A stretch of 27,686 nucleotides of DNA, from the UHGV virus genome UHGV-0385766; one strand, 5' to 3'. The DNA comes from a virus. Below, piece after piece: positions 1 through 9,236 of this stretch. Under the pieces are notes generated by a model. It saw nothing but the letters and a program-made list of their open reading frames with translations, was not told the DNA's origin and ran no database searches. The position numbers and the translations under genes are program-made. Each line of letters starts with the position of its first letter. Within the stretch, counting starts at the first letter, position 1.

Positions 1-69
1 AATTTATAAAGAGTGGTAATGTTTATTCCATTGATGTTCAACTCAGATAGTAATTAAAAATATTAGGTT

Positions 70-125
70 CCCGCCACATCTTCTGCGATGTAAATAACTG
101 ACAAAGCAGATTTGGCGGGTTTTTT
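70..125 (+). terminator. Possible intrinsic terminator upstream of the tail module
   Basis: CCCGCCA (70-76) pairs with TGGCGGG (113-119), followed by TTTTTT (120-125). The loop is long (36 nt) with an inner CTGC/GCAG pairing, so the call is weak. Confidence 0.3.
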
Positions 126-140
126 GTATCCGGAGTTTAT

Positions 141-1469
141 ATGACGTGGAAAGACAGGCTTCAGGATGCGTCATTTCGCGGCGTACCGTTTAAGGTTGAA
201 GAAGAAAGTGCGGGAACCGGTCGCCGTGTGGAAACACACGAATATCCGAACCGCGACAAGCCCTATACCGAAGATCTGGGAAAAGTCACTTTCCGCCCGT
301 CCATCACAGCTTATGTGGTGGGAGATGACTGCTTTGACCAGCGCGATCGCCTGATTGACGCGCTGAATAAACCCGGTCCCGGCACGCTTGTCCACCCGAC
401 ATATGGTGAGCTGAAAGTCTGTGTTGACGGGGAAGTTCGGGTCAGCACATCGAAAAGTGAAGGGCGTATTGTCCGCTTTGACCTGAAGTTTGTCGAAGCA
501 GGAGAACTCTCTTACCCCACATCAGGTGCGGCGACGGCGCAGACGCTGATGTCATCCTGTTCTGCACTGGATGACTGCATCAGTGACAGCTTCAGCGGTT
601 TCAGTATCGATGGTGTGGCGGATTTCGTGCAGAACGACGTTATCGGTAATGCCAGCATAATGCTGGGGTATGTTTCTGATGCGATGAAAGTGGTGGATTC
701 TGCCGTATCGGATGCCGCCAGGCTGTTGCAGGGGGATATCTCGGTACTTCTGCCGCCGCCATCGTCAGGCAAAAATTTCGTTGAGCAGGTGCAGAAAATG
801 TGGCGTACCGGGAAACGCCTTTATGGTAACGCCAGCGACCTGGTCACCATGATCAAAACGCTTTCCGGTGTCAGCCTCGGCAGCGATCTGCAACCGCGCG
901 GCGTCTGGAAAACGGACAGTAAAACCACCGCCACGGCGACGCAGCAGCGTAACGTGGTTGCCAGCACCCTTCGTACGACCGCAATCAGCGAAGCGGCGTA
1001 TGCCGTCACCCGATTGCCTGCGCCAACAACTTCCGCGGTGATGCAGAATTCCGCAGTGGGGCAGGCAACAACACCTGCGCAGAGCACTGGCTGGCCTTCC
1101 GTCACGCATCCGGCACTGAACAATGCACCGGCGGTGAAAAACACGGTTGACCTGCCGACGTGGGAAGAACTGACTGACATTCGCGACACACTGAATACGG
1201 CAATTGATAAGGAGTTGTCCCGTACAACCAGTGATGCGCTGTTTCTGGCGCTGCGCCGGGTGAAAGCAGATCTGAATGCGGATATCAACACGCGCCTTGA
1301 ACAGTCTGCACGGATCATTCAGCGCACACCGGATGAGGTTTTACCCGCGCTGGTGCTGGCGGCGACCTGGTTTGATAACGCGGCGCGTGACGCGGACATT
1401 ATCCGGCGTAATGCCATTACGCATCCCGGCTTTGTGCCGGTGATCCCTCTGAAGGTGCCAGTGCAATGA
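141..1469 (+). CDS. DNA circulation protein (Mu N / gp43-like tail-associated protein)
   Basis: 442-aa ORF; N-terminus MTWKDRLQDASFRGVPFKVEEES recognised as the DNA circularisation N-terminal domain family; heads a Mu-like baseplate gene order; stop overlaps next start (ATGA at 1466-1469). Confidence 0.8.
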   Translation: MTWKDRLQDASFRGVPFKVEEESAGTGRRVETHEYPNRDKPYTEDLGKVTFRPSITAYVVGDDCFDQRDRLIDALNKPGPGTLVHPTYGELKVCVDGEVRVSTSKSEGRIVRFDLKFVEAGELSYPTSGAATAQTLMSSCSALDDCISDSFSGFSIDGVADFVQNDVIGNASIMLGYVSDAMKVVDSAVSDAARLLQGDISVLLPPPSSGKNFVEQVQKMWRTGKRLYGNASDLVTMIKTLSGVSLGSDLQPRGVWKTDSKTTATATQQRNVVASTLRTTAISEAAYAVTRLPAPTTSAVMQNSAVGQATTPAQSTGWPSVTHPALNNAPAVKNTVDLPTWEELTDIRDTLNTAIDKELSRTTSDALFLALRRVKADLNADINTRLEQSARIIQRTPDEVLPALVLAATWFDNAARDADIIRRNAITHPGFVPVIPLKVPVQ

Positions 1470-2545
1470 ACGACAATGTCACGCTACGGGTAAATGGCCG
1501 GGAGTGGAATGGCTGGACATCGGTGCGCATCGGTGCCGGTATTGAACGGCTGGCGCGGGATTTCAGTGTGGAGATCACCCGCCAGTGGCCGGGAGATGAG
1601 GGTATCACCACGCTTCAGCCGCGCATTAAAAACGGTTCAAAAGTGGAAGTGCTGATTGGTGATGAGCTGGTGATCACCGGCTGGGTGGAGGCGACGCCCG
1701 TTCGTTACGATGCCCGTTCGGTCAGCACCGGTATTGCCGGACGCAGTCTGACCGCTGACCTGATTGACTGTGCAGCCGAACCGACACAGTTTAACGGACG
1801 CTCGCTGGTGCAGATTGCGCAGGCGCTTGCTGCGCCTTTCGGCATTGAGGTGGTGAACAGCGGTGCGCCGTCGGGTGTTATTCCTGATGTTCAGCCTGAT
1901 CACGGTGAAACGGTGATTGAGGTAATCAACAAAATACTCGGTCAGCAGCAGGCACTGGCTTACGACGACCCGCACGGCAGGCTGGTGATTGGCGGTATTG
2001 GCTCAACGCGGGCACATACTGCGCTGGTACTCGGGGAAAACATCCTTTCCTGCGATACGGAGAAGAGTATCCGGGAGCGGTTTTCTGTTTACCAGGTGGC
2101 GGGGCAGCGTGCCGGAAACGACGATGATTTCGGTGAGGCCACCACCACCGCGCTGCGGGCCCGCACAGAGGACGCATTTATTGCCCGTTACCGTCCGATG
2201 TATATCAGGCAGACAGGGCAGGCTACGGGGGCAGGCTGTATTGCCCGTGCGGACTTTGAAGCCAGACAACGGGCGGCGCGGACGGATGAAACCACCTATG
2301 TGGTGCAGGGCTGGCGACAGGGTAACGGTACGCTGTGGCAGCCCAACCAGCGGGTGATTGTCTTTGATCCGGTCTGTGGTTTCGACAATACCGAACTGCT
2401 TGTTTCGGAAGTCACGTTTACTCAGGACCAGAACGGCACCCTGACGGAAATCCGTGTCGGCCCGCCTGATGCTTATCTGCCTGAACCCGAAGCCCCCGGC
2501 GCGCGGAAAAAGAAAAAAGCCAGAGTACAGGAGGACCCGTTCTGA
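1466..2545 (+). CDS. Mu P / gp44-like tail protein (baseplate hub)
   Basis: 359-aa ORF in conserved position after the N-like gene; start overlaps upstream stop; family recognition from memory. Confidence 0.75.
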   Translation: MNDNVTLRVNGREWNGWTSVRIGAGIERLARDFSVEITRQWPGDEGITTLQPRIKNGSKVEVLIGDELVITGWVEATPVRYDARSVSTGIAGRSLTADLIDCAAEPTQFNGRSLVQIAQALAAPFGIEVVNSGAPSGVIPDVQPDHGETVIEVINKILGQQQALAYDDPHGRLVIGGIGSTRAHTALVLGENILSCDTEKSIRERFSVYQVAGQRAGNDDDFGEATTTALRARTEDAFIARYRPMYIRQTGQATGAGCIARADFEARQRAARTDETTYVVQGWRQGNGTLWQPNQRVIVFDPVCGFDNTELLVSEVTFTQDQNGTLTEIRVGPPDAYLPEPEAPGARKKKKARVQEDPF

Positions 2546-3093
2546 TGAGGACGATTGAAGCCATGCAGCGACAACTCCTCGGCCTGATTGGGCGGGCCGT
2601 GGTGAAAAGCATCAGTGCCGCCACGAAATGTCAGACCGTGGATGTGTCCCTGATTGCCGGTGAACCCAAAGCTGGGGTTGAACATCTTGAACCCTACGGT
2701 TTTACCGCAAGGGCAAACAGCGGTGCGGAAGCGGTGGTGTTGTTTCCGGATGGCGACCGTTCTCATGCGGTGGTTGTTACGGTGTCGGACCGGCGCTACC
2801 GCCTGAAAGGGCTGCAGACGGGGGAGGTGGCTGTCTATGACGATCAGGGGCAGTCCGTGACGCTGACCCGGGAGGGGATCGTGGTGGACGGTGCAGGTAA
2901 AACGATCACGTTTCGCAATTCACCTAAAGCACGTTTTGAAATGGACCTGGAAGTGACAGGACAGGTGAAAGACCTGTGCGACTCCAGCGGCACCACCATG
3001 TCAGCGATGCGGCTTGCCTATAACGGGCATCGTCACAGAGAGAACGGTCAGGGCAGTAACACCGACAAACCTGATAAAGCGATGGAGGCATGA
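2545..3093 (+). CDS. Baseplate assembly protein V-like (Mu gp45-like spike)
   Basis: 182-aa ORF; TGATG stop/start overlap at 2543-2547; position and size fit gp45/gpV family. Confidence 0.75.
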   Translation: MRTIEAMQRQLLGLIGRAVVKSISAATKCQTVDVSLIAGEPKAGVEHLEPYGFTARANSGAEAVVLFPDGDRSHAVVVTVSDRRYRLKGLQTGEVAVYDDQGQSVTLTREGIVVDGAGKTITFRNSPKARFEMDLEVTGQVKDLCDSSGTTMSAMRLAYNGHRHRENGQGSNTDKPDKAMEA

Positions 3094-3518
3094 TGGAACT
3101 GTGGCTGACGGTGAACGGTAAACGCACCTGCGCCAGCGCACCGCTGGATCCGCTGACCCGCGCCGTGGTGATTTCCCTGTTTACCTGGCGGCGGGCGGAG
3201 CCTGATGACAACGCCGACGTCCCGATGGGATGGTGGGGGGATACCTGGCCTGCGGTACAGAATGACCGTTACGGCTCCCGACTGTGGCTGCTTCAGCGCA
3301 GCAAACTGACCAATCAGCTGGTGCAGACGGTAAGGGGGTATATCCGCGAATGCCTGCAATGGATGATTGATGATGGCGTGGTGTCCCGTATTGATCTGGA
3401 TATCCGCCGCACCGGGATTAATGAACTGGGTAACAGTATCACTCTCTGGCGTCGTGACGGACCGGTAATGATTTCTTTTGATGATCTGTGGAGTGCGATA
3501 ACGCATGGCGGACAGTGA
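3090..3518 (+). CDS. Mu gp46-like baseplate protein
   Basis: 142-aa ORF; ATGA overlap with upstream gene; conserved position between gp45-like and baseplate J-like genes. Confidence 0.7.
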   Translation: MMELWLTVNGKRTCASAPLDPLTRAVVISLFTWRRAEPDDNADVPMGWWGDTWPAVQNDRYGSRLWLLQRSKLTNQLVQTVRGYIRECLQWMIDDGVVSRIDLDIRRTGINELGNSITLWRRDGPVMISFDDLWSAITHGGQ

Positions 3519-4563
3519 ATTTCAGCGCCCGACGCTGGCAGAAAATATCAGTATGCTCCGTAACGATTTATTCGCCAGGCTGGACGTCAGCGACACGCTC
3601 CGGCGCATGGATGAAGACGTGCGGGCAAAGGTGTATGCGGCGGCGCTGCATACGGTTTACGGGTACATCGATTATCTGGCAATGAACATGCTGCCTGACC
3701 TGTGCGATGAGTCCTGGCTGGCGCGACATGCTGCGATGAAACGGTGTCCGCGCAAGGGGGCCACGGCTGCCAGCGGGTATATGCGCTGGGAAGGTGTCAG
3801 CGATGGCCTGAAGGTGACCGCCGGGAGTGTTATTCAGCGCGATGACCTGGTTCAGTACACGGCAACTGCCGATGCAACCAGCACTGGTGGTGTCCTGCGT
3901 GTGCCGATCGCCTGCTCAAGTGCAGGCGCGGTCGGTAACGCTGACGACGGTACGGCATTAATCCTGGTCACGCCGGTGAATGGTCTGCCGTCTTCCGGTG
4001 TGGCTGACACCCTGACAGGCGGATTTGATACTGAAGAGCTGGAAACGTGGCGCGCCCGCGTCATTGAGCGGTATTACTGGACGCCTCAGGGCGGGGCTGA
4101 CGGGGACTATGTCGTCTGGGCTAAAGAAGTGCCCGGCATTACCCGCGCATGGACATACCGACACGGGATGGGAACGGGGACTGTCGGTGTGATGATTGCC
4201 AGCAGTGACCTGATTAATCCCATTCCGGAAGAGTCAACGGAAACGGCGGCAAGACAACATATCGAGCCACTGGCCCCGGTGGCAGGCTCTGATTTGTATG
4301 TATTCAGGCCGGTGGCGCATAAAGTGGATTTTCATATCCGCGTGACGCCGGACACACCGGAAATACGGGCTGCCATCACCGCCGAGTTGCGTTCGTTCCT
4401 GCTGCGTGATGGTTATCCGCAGGGAGAACTGAAGGTGTCACGTATCAGTGAAGCGATTTCCGGTGCGAACGGGGAATACAGCCATCAGTTGCTTGCCCCG
4501 GCGGACAATATCTCCATTGCAAAAAATGAGCTGGCGGTTCTGGGGACGATTTCATGGACGTGA
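3505..4563 (+). CDS. Baseplate J-like protein (Mu gp47-like)
   Basis: 352-aa ORF overlapping upstream stop by 14 nt; size and order typical of the Baseplate_J family. Confidence 0.8.
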   Translation: MADSEFQRPTLAENISMLRNDLFARLDVSDTLRRMDEDVRAKVYAAALHTVYGYIDYLAMNMLPDLCDESWLARHAAMKRCPRKGATAASGYMRWEGVSDGLKVTAGSVIQRDDLVQYTATADATSTGGVLRVPIACSSAGAVGNADDGTALILVTPVNGLPSSGVADTLTGGFDTEELETWRARVIERYYWTPQGGADGDYVVWAKEVPGITRAWTYRHGMGTGTVGVMIASSDLINPIPEESTETAARQHIEPLAPVAGSDLYVFRPVAHKVDFHIRVTPDTPEIRAAITAELRSFLLRDGYPQGELKVSRISEAISGANGEYSHQLLAPADNISIAKNELAVLGTISWT

Positions 4564-5138
4564 CAAACGATGATTATATCCGTCTGTTGTCGGCACTGTT
4601 GCCGCCCGGTCCGGCGTGGTCAGTCAGCGATCCGGCGATTGCCGGTGCGGCACCGTCATTAACCCGCGTTCATCAGCGTGCGGATGCCCTGATGCGGGAG
4701 CTGGATCCGCGCACCACCACTGAACTGATAAACCGCTGGGAGCGTCTGTGCGGTCTGCCGGATGAATGTATTCCCGCAGGGACACAGACCCTTCGCCAGC
4801 GTCAGCAACGGCTGGATGCGAAGGTTAATCTGGCGGGCGGCATCAATGAGGATTTTTATCTTGCACAGCTTGCTGCCCTGGGCAGACCAGACGCCACTAT
4901 CACGCGATACGATAAAAGCACGTTCACCTGCTCATCGGCCTGTACTGACGCAGTGAATGCGCCGGAATGGCGGTATTACTGGCAGGTCAACATGCCAGCC
5001 GCCACCAACACCACCTGGATGACATGTGGCGATCCCTGTGATTCCGCACTGCGTATCTGGGGCGACACCGTTGTCGAGTGCGTGCTTAACAAACTCTGCC
5101 CTTCGCATACCTACGTAATTTTTAAATATCCGGAGTAA
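4554..5138 (+). CDS. Mu gp48-like tail protein (DUF2313 / YmfQ-like)
   Basis: 194-aa ORF overlapping the J-like stop; position immediately before the tail fibre gene. Confidence 0.75.
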   Translation: MDVTNDDYIRLLSALLPPGPAWSVSDPAIAGAAPSLTRVHQRADALMRELDPRTTTELINRWERLCGLPDECIPAGTQTLRQRQQRLDAKVNLAGGINEDFYLAQLAALGRPDATITRYDKSTFTCSSACTDAVNAPEWRYYWQVNMPAATNTTWMTCGDPCDSALRIWGDTVVECVLNKLCPSHTYVIFKYPE

Positions 5139-5141
5139 TCC

Positions 5142-5822
5142 ATGCATCGTATAGACACGAAAACCGCGCAGAAGGATAAGTTCGGCGCGGGTAAAAACGG
5201 TTTTACCCGTGGTAACCCCCAGACTGGCACGCCTGCCACCGATCTGGATGATGACTACTTTGACATGTTGCAGGAAGAACTTTGTAGCGTTGTTGAGGCA
5301 TCCGGTGCCAGTCTGGAGAAGGCGCGGCACGACCAGCTGCTTACCGCGCTTCGTGCGCTGCTGTTAAGCCGCAAGAATCCGTTTGGCGATATCAAATCGG
5401 ATGGCACTGTGCAAACGGCTCTCGAAAACCTTGGTTTGGGAGATCTCGGGACAGCATCTGGCCGTAATGTCGGTAATACTCAATCGTTTGAAATACCTGA
5501 TATGAGTTATTTCCAGCTTACAGGGAAAGGCTCTGACAATCTGTTAGCTAAACTTCCCAATGGTTTAATCATCCAGGTCTTTCGGCGTAGGCTTGCCAAC
5601 TCAACATCAATTGGTATGCCGACAACAATCCCTGTCACCTATCCGACACCGTTCCCGACGAATATCTGGGGTGTTTTCTGCACAAAGGCAACTTATGCGC
5701 AAGTTGTGACGTCATGCGAATCAGTCACAGCAACAGGTTTCAATGCCGTAACTTGCTTAACGTCAGGTACGAGCCCCGACTCTAATCTTTCTGACGCTTA
5801 TTTTTTTGCTATTGGATATTAA
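5142..5822 (+). CDS. Tail fibre protein (short; conserved N-terminal anchor, divergent low-GC C-terminal part)
   Basis: 226-aa ORF; N-terminus [21 protein letters not shown] resembles enterobacterial prophage tail fibre N-termini; C-terminal half is visibly more AT-rich. Confidence 0.7.
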   Translation: MHRIDTKTAQKDKFGAGKNGFTRGNPQTGTPATDLDDDYFDMLQEELCSVVEASGASLEKARHDQLLTALRALLLSRKNPFGDIKSDGTVQTALENLGLGDLGTASGRNVGNTQSFEIPDMSYFQLTGKGSDNLLAKLPNGLIIQVFRRRLANSTSIGMPTTIPVTYPTPFPTNIWGVFCTKATYAQVVTSCESVTATGFNAVTCLTSGTSPDSNLSDAYFFAIGY

Positions 5823-5824
5823 TT

Positions 5825-6307
5825 ATGACAACTAAAAATGAAGACAAGACTCTTCCGGAGCCGCCCCGCATTCATGGTTTTATCTGGGATGTAAATAATG
5901 TGCGGCTGCTGGCTTATGCACTCCAGACTGAATATCAGGAAAGTGGCATGTGGCCTGAGAATGGTATTGATGTTTCTGATGAGGTATCAGCCGAATTTAC
6001 CGGACAGCCACCGGAAGGAAAAACTATTGGTGTGGGGGATGACGGGATGCCTGCTTGGGTGGATATACCACCACCAACACATGAGGAACAGATTGCTGCA
6101 GCCGAACTGGAAAAGCAGCAATTGATTAATCAGGCTAACAATTATATGAACAGTAAACAATGGCCTGGTAAAGCGGCTATTGGTCGTCTGAAAGGTGAGG
6201 AACTGTCTCAATATAATTTGTGGCTGGATTATCTTGACGCACTGGAAATGGTCGATACTTCCGGCGCTCCGGATATTCAGTGGCCGGAAGAACCAGACAC
6301 AATGTAA
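5825..6307 (+). CDS. Tail fibre assembly protein (chaperone)
   Basis: 160-aa ORF directly after the fibre gene; acidic Tfa-like protein; low GC. Confidence 0.75.
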   Translation: MTTKNEDKTLPEPPRIHGFIWDVNNVRLLAYALQTEYQESGMWPENGIDVSDEVSAEFTGQPPEGKTIGVGDDGMPAWVDIPPPTHEEQIAAAELEKQQLINQANNYMNSKQWPGKAAIGRLKGEELSQYNLWLDYLDALEMVDTSGAPDIQWPEEPDTM

Positions 6308-6310
6308 GCG

Positions 6311-6354
6311 AAAAAGAAAAACCGCAGCCACGACATATGCAGGACGTGCTGCGG
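6311..6354 (-). terminator. Intrinsic terminator of the int-dinI transcript
   Basis: Stem CCGCAGC(C)ACG (6322-6332) pairs with CGTGCTGCGG (6345-6354) with one bulge; on the minus strand it is followed by TTTTTCTTTTT (complement of 6311-6321). Confidence 0.45.
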
Positions 6355-6422
6355 CTGGCTGGCGAACTTTCGATAGTGCGAGTATTGAATGATTTCCAGC
6401 CGTTACCGATTTTACGTGTTAA

Positions 6423-6671
6423 TTAGTGAACAAACCACTCGTCAGCAGATTCCCAGGTATCTTTCAGAGTCTCCTGAACAAAAGTTTTTGCAGAATCCTT
6501 ATCTGCGATGCGTGTAACAGAAAGGCCATCGTTGCTGGTGGCTTTTACGAGCACCTCTACATCGTCATAACGTTTACTGATGCGTCGGGTTAATTCTTCC
6601 TTTAACGCATCCACAGCACCGGTTGGCATTTTAGTCATTTTTTCTTTGGCTATGCAGATTTCAATACGCAT
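6423..6671 (-). CDS. dinI: DinI-like protein (DNA damage-inducible protein I family)
   Basis: 82-aa ORF; [11 protein letters not shown]...[11 protein letters not shown] matches the DinI N- and C-terminal signatures from memory; GAGGG Shine-Dalgarno 6 nt upstream of ATG. Confidence 0.75.
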   Translation of the reverse strand: MRIEICIAKEKMTKMPTGAVDALKEELTRRISKRYDDVEVLVKATSNDGLSVTRIADKDSAKTFVQETLKDTWESADEWFVH

Positions 6672-6684
6672 AAAAGTCCCTCTA

Positions 6685-6704
6685 TACTGTGTTTGTATAC
6701 AGTA
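6685..6704. promoter_or_regulatory. LexA (SOS) box, near-consensus
   Basis: TACTGTGTTTGTATACAGTA: CTGT-N8-ACAG with TA flanks, 14 bp upstream of the dinI-like start codon. Confidence 0.55.
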
Positions 6705-6712
6705 TTATTTTT

Positions 6713-6732
6713 AACTGTATGGATAAACAGTG
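6713..6732. promoter_or_regulatory. Second LexA-like box
   Basis: AACTGTATGGATAAACAGTG: CTGT-N8-ACAG, ending at the int stop codon. Confidence 0.4.
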
Positions 6733-7830
6733 TCAAGAGGTCTTATTCCTGCTCCTTTGGAGCTCTTCAAAACGATTATGTAAAGATTTCGGATACAGTT
6801 CGGTATATACCTGCCATAGCACGTTTAATGAACGATGCCCTGTAACCTGGGCTACTTCCTCAATACTAAAACCAGCCTCAAATAAGCGACTTGCCCCTTC
6901 TCTACGCAAATCATGGTATCGCAGATCCTTAATACCTAATTTGCTTCTTACCCTCTGAAATCCCGCAGTAACAGAAGTGCTGTTATATGGAAAAATGAAT
7001 TCCGATTTTTGGGGCTGTCGTTGGACGATATCCCAGGCTTCCCCAAGCAAGGCTACTTTCATGTGGTTGCCTTCCTTTTTGCGTGGATCTTTCCTGTCTC
7101 TTACGAGTATAGATTTTTGTTCCTGGTCGAGATCTTCCCATCGTAACCGGCATACTTCTCCGATTCGCATACAGGACCACACAGAAAATTTGAGGATATC
7201 AACGAACGGAATTTTTGAGCATTTATGAGTAGATCGTTGTTGAAGGCCTTCAATGAGCATGTCCAGTTCATCAGATGCTGGTCTACGATTACGACGGTTT
7301 GATTTACCAATCAAACCAAGTTTAAGTAGATATGGACGAGCACTTTTCGCCGGGTTTGATGTGTAATTAATTCCGTATACAGGTTTGGCCGCATCCAGAA
7401 CACTGCCAAGATAACTAACATCGTGGCTGACTGTTGCTGGACCTGCACCAGCGTTGTTTCTTAGCCTGCAATGTTCAATTACGTCATTTTCTGTCAGTTC
7501 AGATAGTTTGATCGCGGATATGTCACTATCCATAAGCAGTTCCAGCACATATCTTTTAGTACGGCCAGCTTTACCTCCAGCATTTGGGTCATTTAAATAT
7601 TTGTGTAGTAAGTCACGGACTGTAAGTCCGTCAACTGCATTTGATGATGGAATGCCATATAGATCTAATTCCATCACTTTCTGTGTGCCCCATGTTTTGG
7701 CATGAGCATGTTTAGGGAATGTTTTGCTTTCCCTGTAAGTGATAACACCTTTTTCTTTGATAATTACATTACAGCGATAGCGTGGTGTGCCATCGGATTT
7801 TAGTCGTTTCTCTATGTTATAGTACGCCAT
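6733..7830 (-). CDS. int: Tyrosine integrase (phage integrase family)
   Basis: 365-aa ORF; C-terminal catalytic region HDLRREGASRLFEAGFSIEEVAQVTGHRSLNVLWQVYTELY carries the R...HxxR...Y pattern. Confidence 0.9.
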   Translation of the reverse strand: MAYYNIEKRLKSDGTPRYRCNVIIKEKGVITYRESKTFPKHAHAKTWGTQKVMELDLYGIPSSNAVDGLTVRDLLHKYLNDPNAGGKAGRTKRYVLELLMDSDISAIKLSELTENDVIEHCRLRNNAGAGPATVSHDVSYLGSVLDAAKPVYGINYTSNPAKSARPYLLKLGLIGKSNRRNRRPASDELDMLIEGLQQRSTHKCSKIPFVDILKFSVWSCMRIGEVCRLRWEDLDQEQKSILVRDRKDPRKKEGNHMKVALLGEAWDIVQRQPQKSEFIFPYNSTSVTAGFQRVRSKLGIKDLRYHDLRREGASRLFEAGFSIEEVAQVTGHRSLNVLWQVYTELYPKSLHNRFEELQRSRNKTS

Positions 7831-7848
7831 TACACGACCTCGTTATTT

Positions 7849-8085
7849 CGGGTTCCCATAAAGCGTGGGAACCTGTGCGGGAACCTAACGCGAGAAAAAT
7901 AGCCTGAAATGTTCAAAAATGCACGATAATCATGAAACACAAAAAATTAATCAAACCAGCGTGATGCCTGAAAAAACTGGTGTTTACTGGAATTCTCGGT
8001 TTAGCATTGCTCCTATGCTTGATAGGATGTACCGTTTTTGAAAAACAACTAGTTATACACTTTGTGGGAGCCTATTGGGAACCTG
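7849..8085. other. Candidate attP / integrase arm-site region
   Basis: GGTTCCC (7851-7857) inverted against GGGAACC (7867-7873); GGGAACC again at 7879-7885 and 8077-8083; identical 10-mer TGGGAACCTG at 7866-7875 and 8076-8085; GGGAGCC at 8065-8071; AT-rich, non-coding. Confidence 0.3.
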
Positions 8086-8143
8086 AAGTTTTGCTCTTTC
8101 TATTCATATCTATTCATAAAGCACCATTTGCTGCCTTATCTGA

Positions 8144-8170
8144 TTGACCAAAAACAACCGCGGTTATAGA
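8144..8170 (+). promoter_or_regulatory. Candidate promoter of the two-gene cassette
   Basis: TTGACC (8144-8149) and TATAGA (8165-8170); the 15-bp spacer is short, so this is tentative. Confidence 0.25.
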
Positions 8171-8225
8171 CTTTGCTCCAAATATCTAAGGCTATTGCTT
8201 AGTAAGTAAAACAGTTGAGGTTGCC

Positions 8226-8765
8226 ATGAATCCGTTTAACGCCATTACTTTTGCTGCATTGTGCGGGCCTCTGGCTTGTCCTGCTGCTATGGCGCAGGAG
8301 TTCATCATCCAGCCAGCCCCTGTGATTGCTAAACCTTTTGAGTACTCTCCTTCTGTTGAGGAATTCTCACGCAAAATGGAAGAGGGTAAGGAGATCTTGC
8401 AAAAGTTAACAATTGCAGCAGATGACTACTATATCTGTTTGATTGATCTTAATAGCCAAGATGCTCGCGAGTTTGTTTCCAAAAACGGGACAGATACGAC
8501 AGAGGCATGCGAAATGTTCCTGCGTGCTTTTGAAGAAGAAGTGAAGCGTACAATTGAATCGCCTCTGCCTGAATTTATCAGGTCAGAACTGAAGGTTTAC
8601 TGGCGTCATATTGCTAAAGCTCGCTCATCTGTCACTCGCCTTAACAATTACATAAAGAGCATATTTAAAGAAACTGTTACTTTTAGCGGGCGCGCGGATC
8701 TTGCTGGAATTGCAGCACTAGCTAGTCACACATCAAATAAGCTAAAATCGATGCAATTTCACTAA
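8226..8765 (+). CDS. Hypothetical 179-aa protein with weakly hydrophobic N-terminus; first gene of cassette
   Basis: ORF with GAGG Shine-Dalgarno 5 nt upstream of ATG; low GC; no family recognised; N-terminus MNPFNAITFAALCGPLACPAAMAQE may be a signal peptide. Confidence 0.7.
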   Translation: MNPFNAITFAALCGPLACPAAMAQEFIIQPAPVIAKPFEYSPSVEEFSRKMEEGKEILQKLTIAADDYYICLIDLNSQDAREFVSKNGTDTTEACEMFLRAFEEEVKRTIESPLPEFIRSELKVYWRHIAKARSSVTRLNNYIKSIFKETVTFSGRADLAGIAALASHTSNKLKSMQFH

Positions 8766-8781
8766 CCGATAGCGGACGACC

Positions 8782-9216
8782 ATGCATCTAGAAGTCTCTA
8801 TTAATCCAGAAACTAGAGCTGAATTTTTTGATGAAGTTTTTCTCAAATTCCCGGAGCTAGAGTCTTCTATCATTGATGATTTCAAGAGATACAAAGCAAC
8901 CGGTGAGCTTCCGCATTATTTCGGTAGGGACGTTGCGTATACTCAGCCTTATGGTGCTTTTCGGGCTGGGTTGATGCATATCCATCTTTGTCTACCGCCA
9001 AATAAGTTTCCCGAGAAACTTCCACAACCGGATAGGGTCTGCAAGAAAGGTGATCCTGATAATGATGCTTGTCTTGTGTATGTCCAAGGTGAGCTTTATG
9101 AGAATAAATATTCACTCATTGCTATTATGTATCCCGATGCACATGAAAAAGCAAGAAAACATGATGTGATGAGCTATCTGGCGCGAATTGCCCAGAATTA
9201 TAAAGATGAAAACTAA
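8782..9216 (+). CDS. YafO-family toxin-like protein (putative ribosome-dependent mRNA interferase)
   Basis: 144-aa ORF 16 nt after the upstream gene; pattern DF..YK..G.LP..FGRD...HIHL...FP...LVY.QG...LIAI..P..H..AR matches my recollection of E. coli YafO. Recognition is from memory, not an alignment. Confidence 0.55.
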   Translation: MHLEVSINPETRAEFFDEVFLKFPELESSIIDDFKRYKATGELPHYFGRDVAYTQPYGAFRAGLMHIHLCLPPNKFPEKLPQPDRVCKKGDPDNDACLVYVQGELYENKYSLIAIMYPDAHEKARKHDVMSYLARIAQNYKDEN

Positions 9217-9236
9217 CCCGCCGAAGCGGGTTTTTT
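9217..9236. terminator. Intrinsic terminator between convergent genes, possibly bidirectional
   Basis: CCCGC (9217-9221), loop CGAA, GCGGG (9226-9230), TTTTTT (9231-9236); lies between the + gene ending 9216 and the - gene ending 9243. Confidence 0.6.

Noticed and set aside
166-5330. Numerous ORFs overlapping or antisense to the tail genes (e.g. 821-1318, 1926-2177, 2473-2766, 3048-3506, 4932-5330 on the minus strand; 166-354, 1989-2357 on the plus strand)
   Set aside because: They lie wholly inside longer, family-recognisable baseplate genes, have odd Arg/Cys/Pro-rich composition and no ribosome-binding sites; they are shadow ORFs typical of GC-rich coding DNA.
5142-6307. Search for an invertible tail-fibre segment with Pin/Gin-type invertase
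   Set aside because: No serine recombinase gene and no inverted duplicate fibre C-terminus near the fibre genes; the only large inverted repeat in the window (27295-27681) flanks the HNH gene and has no associated recombinase.
7831-8225. tRNA or tRNA fragment at the attachment region
   Set aside because: No cloverleaf-compatible sequence recognised by eye; the GGTTCCC/GGGAACC pairs do not sit in a T-arm context. This needs a proper tRNA scan to exclude.
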